From the NCBI RefSeq assembly GCF_002742695.1, contig NZ_DLUI01000160.1: a DNA stretch of 37,930 nucleotides; one strand, given 5' to 3'. The translations under genes were made by a program, and so were the position numbers. Below are positions 1-7,534 of the stretch, piece by piece. Origin of the DNA: Sulfuricurvum kujiense (lineage in GTDB: Bacteria; Campylobacterota; Campylobacteria; Campylobacterales; Sulfurimonadaceae). Positions within the stretch are counted from its first letter, which is position 1; every line of letters begins with the position of its first letter. The notes beneath the pieces were generated by a model, which saw only the letters and a list, made by a program, of their open reading frames with translations, ran no database searches and had not been told where the DNA came from.

Positions 1-801
1 AGAGAGAAACTCGGTGTTGAGACCCAAAATTATTTCACGACATTGCCGACACCGGATAAAGGTGGATTCAAAGGAGATAACCCGTTTGAATGGAATGCGC
101 TGCACCAAGAGCTTGTCGCAACCCCTCCCGAAAAACTCTATGAGATCATTGAGCGTTATGACGGGGAAGACTCACTTGCCCTCCAAGCCTATATGATTGA
201 GCGTGTCTACGGACAATATGTCCACAATTACACAATGCCGTACGATCAGTATATGAGTGCCCTCACTACGGATCAAAAAGCGATGATGTATGCCCTTATG
301 CGCCAAGAAACACGGATGATCCCTGGGCTTATTTCCCGCTCATTCGCCCTTGGATTAATGCAGATTATGCCCTTTAACGTCGACTCCATCTCTAAAATTC
401 ACCCCTTAAAAATCAAATCGTATGATGATATGTTTAATCCTGAATTTAGTATTGCCTATTCGATTGAGCATATGAAACACATCGAAAGTACTCTCTATAA
501 TCCTGTACTTGCAGCATACGCTTATAACGGCGGCATGGGGTTTACAAAGCGGTTATTACTCAGCGGAAGCTATTTCAATGCGGGTGAGTATGAACCGTTT
601 ATGAGTATGGAATTAGTCTCAAATGCAGAGAGCAGAGAGTATGGCAAGCGGGTGCTTGCCAACTACGTTATGTATAAGAAGATTTTAGGAGAAAGTGTCT
701 CGATTACGGCTATTTTTGATACTTTAACACAACCGAGCCAGTCTGATTATTTTCGAGCCGAAGAGCTAAAGAAGTATTCTCATCCGAATCAAAGCGAATA
801 A
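1..801 (+). CDS. slt: Soluble lytic transglycosylase (Slt70-like), C-terminal catalytic part; 5' end lies outside the window
   Basis: The frame is open from base 1 (REKLGVETQNYFTTLPTPDK...). SLT motifs are present: MRQET (catalytic Glu), ALGLMQIMP, AYAYNGG and ESREYGKRV. Confidence 0.9.
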   Translation, partial: REKLGVETQNYFTTLPTPDKGGFKGDNPFEWNALHQELVATPPEKLYEIIERYDGEDSLALQAYMIERVYGQYVHNYTMPYDQYMSALTTDQKAMMYALMRQETRMIPGLISRSFALGLMQIMPFNVDSISKIHPLKIKSYDDMFNPEFSIAYSIEHMKHIESTLYNPVLAAYAYNGGMGFTKRLLLSGSYFNAGEYEPFMSMELVSNAESREYGKRVLANYVMYKKILGESVSITAIFDTLTQPSQSDYFRAEELKKYSHPNQSE

Positions 802-1195
802 AATAGTACCGATTCCAATTATTTTGGATCGGCATAAAAGAACGTCTCGGATCTTTCTCATCAAGCGGTTCGATGAGGGTCGCTTTTTTACCGTTTAGAC
901 TTAACTCATACCCGTTGGACTCTAACTCTCTCACTTTTATTGTTCGGTTATCTTTTTCAAAATAGACCGACACGACAAAATTTTCACCCTCATTGTATTT
1001 GAGCGGATCTGTTTTGTTGAGATACAAAGAGGAGAAAATCGCTTTGGTCTCTAAAGAGAGGACGATTGAACCGGTGCGCAGCTGCTCTACCGCACGTTCA
1101 TGTGTCTCATCCATTTTAAAAAGGTCAAATGCCCCCTTTTGCGTACAACCGCTAAAAACCAATATGGCAGATATGGCTATCCATGAAAAACGCAT
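710..1195 (-). CDS. Conserved hypothetical lipoprotein (Campylobacterota type)
   Basis: ATG at 1195 follows an AAGGA SD. The signal peptide MRFSWIAISAILVFSG-C ends in a lipobox. Position and orientation match the lipoprotein found between slt and mobB in Campylobacter (from recall). Confidence 0.8.
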   Translation of the reverse strand: MRFSWIAISAILVFSGCTQKGAFDLFKMDETHERAVEQLRTGSIVLSLETKAIFSSLYLNKTDPLKYNEGENFVVSVYFEKDNRTIKVRELESNGYELSLNGKKATLIEPLDEKDPRRSFMPIQNNWNRYYFIRFDSDENTSLALRLENNQTGSVVLKYQK

Positions 1196-1223
1196 CGTCA
1201 TCCTTTTAGATCGTATTAGCGGT

Positions 1224-1229
1224 ATTATA
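1224..1229 (-). promoter_or_regulatory. Putative RpoD -10 box (TATAAT) of the lipoprotein gene
   Basis: Perfect TATAAT on the minus strand, 28 nt upstream of ATG 1195. Confidence 0.5.
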
Positions 1230-1252
1230 CGCCAACTCCCCTTAACCGATTT

Positions 1253-2080
1253 CTATAGTGAAAACGAGTAAATATTTTCAAACTTTATCGGACGTTCTTC
1301 GCCGTAACACATATGGATAAAAGACCCTTTTTGTTGGAAGTGATACTTTTCAAACAACGCAACCGTATTGAGATTTCCCAAGGGCACATCGGCAAGCACT
1401 TTTTTAAGCCCTCTAAAATAAAGAACCCCCTGCATCATCTTCTCAGCCTCATCTTCAAACCCTACTCTGCATTGCCACGGCCCGAGATAGACACCACGTG
1501 CATTGATGACGCTGGAGTGCTGAAAAGAGTTGGGAAGTGCAAATTTAAGGGAGCTGTTACGCTCCATTTCATCCATCATAAAATTCATACGATCTTCACC
1601 GAAAGTTTCCAAATCAATTTTGCGAATGGTTGCATCAAAATTCCCGCCGTCTAATTCTTTGGCTTGGGCATTGGTAAAGCTAAAAGGGGGAACTTTTCCG
1701 ACATTTAAAAACCGCCCCACTTCCATCACACTTTTAAAGCCGTAGCTTTTGAAAAATGGTTCTAGTGCCGGATTAGCATGCAGATACAATGAGGAATGTT
1801 CCCCTTTCAATACATCAAATAACGTGGTAAAAAGGCGTTTTCCAATCCCTTGTTTTTGATAACTCGGCTTCACCATGAAATATTTAATCATGGCCGTTGT
1901 CTCAAACTCGATTGCCATGACCGCACCGACCAAAACACCCTCGTCATAGGCGCCATAGCATAAATGCGGAGAGTGCATCATCATCAGTTTGACGTGATAC
2001 CCGTCCAGCAGCCAGCCCGTCTCTTCGGCGATTTTAGTCAGTTCCGCAACATCGGCGAATTTGAGCCACCCTATAAACAT
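1253..2080 (-). CDS. GNAT family acetyltransferase with a second, YitH-like C-terminal domain
   Basis: Acetyl-CoA motif A VKPSYQKQGIGKRL and motif B LHANPALEPFFKSYGF. The C-terminal half (DLETFGEDR...YLGPW) resembles the YitH-type tandem GNAT. Overlaps the nifV 3' end by 10 nt. Confidence 0.8.
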   Translation of the reverse strand: MFIGWLKFADVAELTKIAEETGWLLDGYHVKLMMMHSPHLCYGAYDEGVLVGAVMAIEFETTAMIKYFMVKPSYQKQGIGKRLFTTLFDVLKGEHSSLYLHANPALEPFFKSYGFKSVMEVGRFLNVGKVPPFSFTNAQAKELDGGNFDATIRKIDLETFGEDRMNFMMDEMERNSSLKFALPNSFQHSSVINARGVYLGPWQCRVGFEDEAEKMMQGVLYFRGLKKVLADVPLGNLNTVALFEKYHFQQKGSFIHMCYGEERPIKFENIYSFSL

Positions 2081-3186
2081 ATTGCGTCCTGATAAAGGGA
2101 TTTAAGTTCCAAACTATCGAGAACACGTTTGCGTGACGTAACAATCTCACGAATTTTAGGGAGAAGGTCACCTAATATGGAGTTGTCAGCACTAATCCCC
2201 ATCCGTTCCAAATGGTAGCGGATCGTAGCACTTCCGGAGTGTTTTCCGATCGGAAATGAACTCTTTAAACCGACCTCTTCCGCTTCATATGGCTCATAGG
2301 CATGGGAATCTTTCATCATGCCGCTCGCATGAATACCGCTCTCATGAGCAAATATCCGATCACCGATGATAGGAGCGTTGGAGGCTAGATTGATATTGGC
2401 GGCAGAGGCAACACTTTGGACAAGATCACGAAGCAAAAGCGGATCGATCGATCTAGCTTCACCGTAAAGATGTTTGAGGGACATAAGAATCTGCTCGAAT
2501 GAGGCGTTGCCCGCTCTCTCCCCTAGTCCTATCACCGTCGTATTCATACTGATTGCTCCCGCATCGATTCCACTGAGGGCATTGGCATTGGCTAGACCGA
2601 AATCATTATGGGTGTGCATCTCGAGTGGAAGAAGATTCAGCTCACACAACTCTTTTACCGCTTGGTACGTTTGTGTCGGTGTCATAACTCCGATAGTGTC
2701 GCAATAACGGAAGCGGTGGGCTCCAAATTCACGTCCCAATTCCATAACATCACGGATAAAGGAAAACTCTCCGCGTGAACTGTCTTCACCGCCGATACAG
2801 ATAAAAAGTCCTTCTCGTGCTGCTGCACTCACCACAAGTTCTAATTCACGCAAAACTTTTAATTTACTTCCGCCGAATTTAACGCCGATCAATAAATTTG
2901 AGATAGGAATTGAGAGATCAACCGCTTTGACACCGCATGACAATGAAGCCTCTAAGTCCTCCATTTTCATCCGATTCCATGTCATCATCCGAGCGTTTAG
3001 CCCAAGATTTAGCAGCTCTTTAATATCTTCACGCTCTTTGACACCCATTGCCGCGATACCGATTTCAAGTTCATCCGCACCGCACGCATCGAGAAGTGTG
3101 GCAATACGGAGTTTTTCGTCGGTATTGAACGCGACATAAGGAGCCTGTTCCCCGTCACGCAATGTAGTGTCGTTGATGAGCGCCAT
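2071..3186 (-). CDS. nifV: Homocitrate synthase NifV
   Basis: DTTLRDGEQAP, HTHNDFGLANAN, GLGERAGNA, FAHESGIH and GKHSG motifs. 371 aa with no LeuA regulatory domain; lies directly downstream of nifB. Confidence 0.93.
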   Translation of the reverse strand: MALINDTTLRDGEQAPYVAFNTDEKLRIATLLDACGADELEIGIAAMGVKEREDIKELLNLGLNARMMTWNRMKMEDLEASLSCGVKAVDLSIPISNLLIGVKFGGSKLKVLRELELVVSAAAREGLFICIGGEDSSRGEFSFIRDVMELGREFGAHRFRYCDTIGVMTPTQTYQAVKELCELNLLPLEMHTHNDFGLANANALSGIDAGAISMNTTVIGLGERAGNASFEQILMSLKHLYGEARSIDPLLLRDLVQSVASAANINLASNAPIIGDRIFAHESGIHASGMMKDSHAYEPYEAEEVGLKSSFPIGKHSGSATIRYHLERMGISADNSILGDLLPKIREIVTSRKRVLDSLELKSLYQDAICL

Positions 3187-3197
3187 AATAGGCTCCT

Positions 3198-4613
3198 TTA
3201 ATTTACTTCCAACTCTTCTGGGAGGTTGAAATATTTACGGGTCGCTTTGAGTACCGACGCTTCAATCGGTTGGTACGCATACTCTTGATCGGCGACGATT
3301 CCTGCTGCCGCGAGATCACCTTGCGGACATCCGCCGATTTTCGCCGTAAGGATCAGTTTGATGTCTTTGAGTCGATCCAAAATCGGCTGAAGCGGATTGG
3401 TACCGTCAGGTCCTGCACAGTATTCGGCTTCCACTTTGCGGTGGTGGATAAATCGTATCCCTTTGTCCCCTGCTTCATAGATCAAAAACTCCCGTACGCT
3501 TCCGAAGTGCTGATTGATCATCCCCTCACCTGCTGTCGTTACCGCAACGAGAATAGTATTGCCATCAGAGCTGAGTTCTTCTTTCTCTTTGCGTACCCGT
3601 TCATTCGCCTGATCGAGGAAGAATCGGAACTCTTCGATTTTCGCCTGAGCCGCTTGACGTGCTTCGAGATCGTATTTGATTTGAAGTTCATCGAAACTGA
3701 GCCCTGCAAAGGTGTCTTTGGTAAACTCCGCTCCGCGATCTTCTCCGATAAGCCCTACTGCATCGGCACGGCATTGGCGGCAGTGCTGCATCAGTTTCAT
3801 ATCCATTCCGCACGCCTCTTGTACCGCCATTTGTTCTTGATCCGTTGCACTCGGTACACCAGCCAATGCAAACGCAGTCCCGAACTCCGGTTCGGAGAGG
3901 ATCGGCATAATGTTATGCAAGAAAACACCTATCTCTTTGAGTTTTTTGGAGACTTCCGGCAAATGTTTGTCATTGATCCCGGGGATAAGAACCGAGTTAG
4001 CCTTAATCAAAATCCCTTTTTCGACACATTTTTTCATCCCTTCTAGTTGGCGCTCAAGGAGAATTTGTGCCGCTTCTTTGCCGTAATAGCGTTTATTGTT
4101 ATAGAAAATCCACGGATAGATTTGACTTCCGATCTCTCCGCTCTCATCGACACTGTTGATCGTGACGGTGATGTGGTCGATATTATGTTCTACCATCTCA
4201 TCGATATAGGTTGCGAGTTCCAATCCGTTGGTGGAGAGACACAGTTTGAGATCGGGTGCAAATTTACGAACCATCCCGAATGTGTCGAATGTTTTTTTAG
4301 GATTCGCCAACGCATCCCCCGGACCAGCGATTCCTAATACACTCATACGCTGAACTTCACCGCCGACGAGGAGCACTTTTTTTGCCGCCTCTTCAGGACT
4401 GAGACGCTCTGAGGTTACCCCAGGGCGGGATTCATTGGAACAATCGTATTTACGGTTACAGTAGTTACATTGAATATTACACGCGGGTGCTACCGCGACG
4501 TGAATACGGGCATAATGGTGATGTGCTCCCTCAGAATAGCATGGATGATTGTGAATCTTCTCTTTGATGTCATCGGGCATAAAAGCTTCGCTATGGCTTG
4601 ACGAACAGCTCAT
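3198..4613 (-). CDS. nifB: Nitrogenase FeMo-cofactor biosynthesis radical SAM protein NifB with C-terminal NifX-like domain
   Basis: HPCYS, CNIQCNYC (CxxxCxxC), ESRPG, AGPGDAL and CRQCRADAVG motifs. C-terminal INQHFG NifX domain. AAGGAG SD. Confidence 0.97.
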   Translation of the reverse strand: MSCSSSHSEAFMPDDIKEKIHNHPCYSEGAHHHYARIHVAVAPACNIQCNYCNRKYDCSNESRPGVTSERLSPEEAAKKVLLVGGEVQRMSVLGIAGPGDALANPKKTFDTFGMVRKFAPDLKLCLSTNGLELATYIDEMVEHNIDHITVTINSVDESGEIGSQIYPWIFYNNKRYYGKEAAQILLERQLEGMKKCVEKGILIKANSVLIPGINDKHLPEVSKKLKEIGVFLHNIMPILSEPEFGTAFALAGVPSATDQEQMAVQEACGMDMKLMQHCRQCRADAVGLIGEDRGAEFTKDTFAGLSFDELQIKYDLEARQAAQAKIEEFRFFLDQANERVRKEKEELSSDGNTILVAVTTAGEGMINQHFGSVREFLIYEAGDKGIRFIHHRKVEAEYCAGPDGTNPLQPILDRLKDIKLILTAKIGGCPQGDLAAAGIVADQEYAYQPIEASVLKATRKYFNLPEELEVN

Positions 4614-4685
4614 GGGGTTCTCCTTGAGATTAAATCAAATGATTTTCGCCTCATCCAGCACACAATCATTTCTTAATGGAGTTAA

Positions 4686-4701
4686 TGCAAAGAGTGTTCT
4701 A
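4686..4701 (-). promoter_or_regulatory. Putative sigma54 (-24/-12) promoter of nifB-nifV-GNAT
   Basis: The minus strand reads TAGAAC-ACTCT-TTGCA, against a consensus of TGG(C/A)AC-N5-TTGC(A/T). Spacing is exact, but one base of the normally conserved GG is A. Confidence 0.45.
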
Positions 4702-4723
4702 TCGCTTTAAAAAGGAGAATTAA

Positions 4724-4743
4724 ACAAAAATCGACGTTTTTGT
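4724..4743. repeat. Inverted repeat ACAAAAA-TCGACG-TTTTTGT (operator or weak terminator)
   Basis: Perfect 7-bp arms lying between the EAL gene stop (4767) and the putative nifB promoter. Confidence 0.4.
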
Positions 4744-4766
4744 AAGGGTATGTAGAATGTTTGACG

Positions 4767-6380
4767 TTAGATAGTAGGTTTAGGGGTGGAAAAAAGGTAG
4801 CCTTGCGAGTAATCAATACCAAGCTCCACCATTTTTCCAAAAATGGCTTCATCCTCAACAAATTCGGCAATGGTCTTAATCCCTTTACGATGGGCAAAAA
4901 AGAGGATACTCTCTACGGTAAAAAGGTGGTCTTCATCTTGATTGATATTTTTGATCAGAGAGCCGTCAATTTTAATGTAATCGACATCCAGTTTACTTAA
5001 ATAGCTGAAGTTGGAATATCCGGTACCGAAATCATCAATCGCGATTTTGCATCCGAACCCTTTGACGGTATGGATAAATTCAACCACCACTTCGTAATTA
5101 ACGATACCTTCAGATTCTACTATCTCAAATACGAGACGATTCGCCGCAGGTGAAGATTCCAAAATCTGATATAAAAATTCTCTCGTTTCATCGGAAACAA
5201 TGTCCTGAACCGTAAGATTCAATGAAAATTCGTAATTATTTTTCTCAAATACATCAAATGTTTTTTGGATCATAATTCGTGTCAGTTTGTCATAAAGCTT
5301 AGATTTTTTTGCATGCTCTAAAAACCAAAACGGACTTAAAACCGTACCGTTACTCTCCACTAACCGTATCAATGCTTCATATTTGACGATTTGGCGTGTT
5401 GACGTGTCAACAATCCCCTGAAAATAGGGAACAATCCGATCTTCTTCTATCGCCGATTTGATTTTATTGATCATCCAAATGTTGTTACGAGTTTTCTCTG
5501 TCAAAGCAGTATTGTCATTGAAAAATATCAGTTTAGCCTGTCGCTCTTTAGCCTCTTTGAAAGCCATATGGGCGAGATTATAGACGTCAGAGTACGTTGC
5601 ATGGGCAACCCCTGATGTGATATTGATGGAGATATCGTGCCCGGCTACATTGTATTTAAAATTTTCTAACTTATTAATGTGCTCGATCATTTGGTCACGC
5701 AATGCATCGTCAAACATCCTGCCGACACATATAATGGCAAATTCATCACCGCTGATACGATACAAATAGTCATGACCGGTTGTGTCAAGAAGATGTTGTG
5801 CGAAAACCTTTAAAAGGGAATCTCCGATCTCATATCCGAAATAGTCGTTTACCGTCGAAAATCGGTCGATATTAAGGAGCATCAGGGTTATTTCAACCCC
5901 TCCTTTTTCCAAATCATTGTACAAAGCGGTCCGATTTTTTAACCCCGTTAAAGGGTCTTTCAGTTGACGCTGAATGATCTCCTCTTGCTTTACCAGCTCT
6001 GTGACATCATTACGTGCCGAGATATACTCAATGATATTCCCCTCATCATCAAAAATAGGGGCTATAACCGATTTGACATAATAATCTTTCCCATCTTTGG
6101 TACGATTTTTAAATGTCTGTTTCCATACTTTACCTGATTTGATCGTTTTCCATAAATCTTTAAAAAGTTCTTTTGGGTTATCCGGATGTCGTCCTATATT
6201 ATGAGGTTGCCCGATTAGCTCTTCACGACTGTATCCGGAGATAGCACAAAAAGCATCATTGGCATAGGTGATAATCCCTTTTGTGTTCGTTTTTGAAACA
6301 ATGGCACTCTCATCCAATACCATCTTATATTGGTCAAGAATTTTGATATTTTCATCAAAATCATTTTTGGCCATATTCAT
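4767..6380 (-). CDS. PAS/PAC-GGDEF-EAL protein, probable c-di-GMP phosphodiesterase with an Aer/NifL-type PAS sensor
   Basis: PAS: IITYANDAFCAISGYSREELIGQPHN...LWKTI...KNRTKDG. GGDEF domain: DPLTGLKNR, with the variant motif SGDEF. EAL domain intact: YEALIR, IDDFGTGYS, IKIDGS, AEFVE, QGYLF. Confidence 0.92.
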   Translation of the reverse strand: MNMAKNDFDENIKILDQYKMVLDESAIVSKTNTKGIITYANDAFCAISGYSREELIGQPHNIGRHPDNPKELFKDLWKTIKSGKVWKQTFKNRTKDGKDYYVKSVIAPIFDDEGNIIEYISARNDVTELVKQEEIIQRQLKDPLTGLKNRTALYNDLEKGGVEITLMLLNIDRFSTVNDYFGYEIGDSLLKVFAQHLLDTTGHDYLYRISGDEFAIICVGRMFDDALRDQMIEHINKLENFKYNVAGHDISINITSGVAHATYSDVYNLAHMAFKEAKERQAKLIFFNDNTALTEKTRNNIWMINKIKSAIEEDRIVPYFQGIVDTSTRQIVKYEALIRLVESNGTVLSPFWFLEHAKKSKLYDKLTRIMIQKTFDVFEKNNYEFSLNLTVQDIVSDETREFLYQILESSPAANRLVFEIVESEGIVNYEVVVEFIHTVKGFGCKIAIDDFGTGYSNFSYLSKLDVDYIKIDGSLIKNINQDEDHLFTVESILFFAHRKGIKTIAEFVEDEAIFGKMVELGIDYSQGYLFSTPKPTI

Positions 6381-6540
6381 CGGTTGTTCAGGTTTTCATA
6401 TCGATAATAAATTATTCGCAAACCATCCTCCGTTTTTTATGTCCAATCTAATTTTATACTAACTTTGCTAAATCTCTATGCATCTCAAATTCTAGCTTCC
6501 CTTTCATAATTGTTGCATTAACGAATAAGAATATAAATTG

Positions 6541-6559
6541 CACTTCATATAATGAAATG
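6541..6559 (+). promoter_or_regulatory. Putative -10 box (TATAAT, 6548-6553) embedded in an imperfect inverted repeat CACTTCAT-ATA-ATGAAATG
   Basis: TATAAT lies 20 nt upstream of ATG 6574 and just before a GAGGAG SD. TTCAT/ATGAA arms flank it. Confidence 0.45.
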
Positions 6560-6573
6560 TGAGGAGTTTGATC

Positions 6574-7014
6574 ATGATCGTTGCTATTCCACTAGATGCG
6601 AGAGAACGCGTTTACCATAACAACCCGTGTGCATGTACAAAGTTCTCACTCTATGAAGTGAGCGGCGATCGCAAAGATATACGATATCGCTATATAGAGA
6701 CCAAGCTCAATCCTTGGGAAAGATATTCCGGAAATATGGTACTCGATCCGAAAATGAAAGCATGCGAATGCGAAAGTACTTTAGCCAAAAATCCCTACCA
6801 CATCAGCGAACACTACGCACTGCTCGAAGTGATCGGAAAATCTAATATTCTCATTGTCGATCAATATTGTCTCAATACTCTGTTTGCTATGAAAAATGTC
6901 GGTATCAAACTCCATAAAATACCCCCGTTTATCAAAACAGCCGCTCATGCAATCGAACATTTCGTTATTGCTTCCGAGATTGCCGAACATCTTCGCTACG
7001 TTCATCCCGCATAA
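6574..7014 (+). CDS. Divergent, Cys-rich NifB/NifX-family (FeMo-cofactor-binding fold) protein
   Basis: GAGGAG SD before ATG 6574. The pattern MIVAIP...F.LYEV...IE..LNP...ILIV......L.AMKNVGIKL...A..AI follows the NifX/NifB family layout. The usual HFG is replaced by NPCAC, and there is a second CEC. Confidence 0.6.
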   Translation: MIVAIPLDARERVYHNNPCACTKFSLYEVSGDRKDIRYRYIETKLNPWERYSGNMVLDPKMKACECESTLAKNPYHISEHYALLEVIGKSNILIVDQYCLNTLFAMKNVGIKLHKIPPFIKTAAHAIEHFVIASEIAEHLRYVHPA

Positions 7015-7025
7015 AGGTGCCAAAA

Positions 7026-7532
7026 ATGCAGATAACCTATAATACAACCCTCTTGGAGCTCGAAGACACGCCCCTTGATATCGGCTACGCATCGGAGCGA
7101 GTCGATCTCAAAAGCAGCACAGGTGAGACCTTTCGTGTCGGAGGACAAAACGGTGCGACGCAGCTCATCATAGCTCTCCCTTTTATCGACGAAATCTCCA
7201 TTGTTCAACTCAAAAAGATGGATTCTCTCCTCTATGTCAATGCACTTGGAGGAATCACCAAAGCACTCGTTGTGGCTAGCGATACTCACACAATGCCTCC
7301 ACTTGAAGAGTGGCTAGTAGGCTTTGATTATGATGAGGCATTCGGAGATTATTACGGGGTACGTTTATCCAACAAAGAACTCGCTAAATCGTTGTTTATC
7401 ATATCCAAAGACGGTGCTGTGTTTTATCATGAAATTTTAAACGATCTCAATGATCCTTTTAGCCTCGATAAAGCTCTGCTCAAAATTGCGGCGGCGCAAA
7501 GCTGCTATACCGGAAAAGGGTGTCACGGATAA
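7026..7532 (+). CDS. Thiol peroxidase (Tpx)/redoxin-fold protein lacking the peroxidatic cysteine
   Basis: Follows the Tpx layout by eye: ITY...L.L....L.IG, LIIALPFID, AFGDYYGV, LAKSLFIISKDGAVFYHEI. The PSLDTxVC motif reads PFIDEISI. The only Cys residues are in the C-terminal CYTGKGCHG. AAGG SD before ATG 7026. Confidence 0.7.
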   Translation: MQITYNTTLLELEDTPLDIGYASERVDLKSSTGETFRVGGQNGATQLIIALPFIDEISIVQLKKMDSLLYVNALGGITKALVVASDTHTMPPLEEWLVGFDYDEAFGDYYGVRLSNKELAKSLFIISKDGAVFYHEILNDLNDPFSLDKALLKIAAAQSCYTGKGCHG

Positions 7533-7534
7533 GT

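Noticed and set aside
3270-4337. Long plus-strand ORFs (258 aa and 96 aa) opposite nifB
   Set aside because: Antisense shadows of a strongly conserved gene, with no motifs or SD.
4614-4680. SAM or Moco riboswitch in the nifB leader
   Set aside because: Too short for a Moco or SAM-I element, and I could not match SAM-II/V consensus by eye. Only the simple stem-loop is reported.
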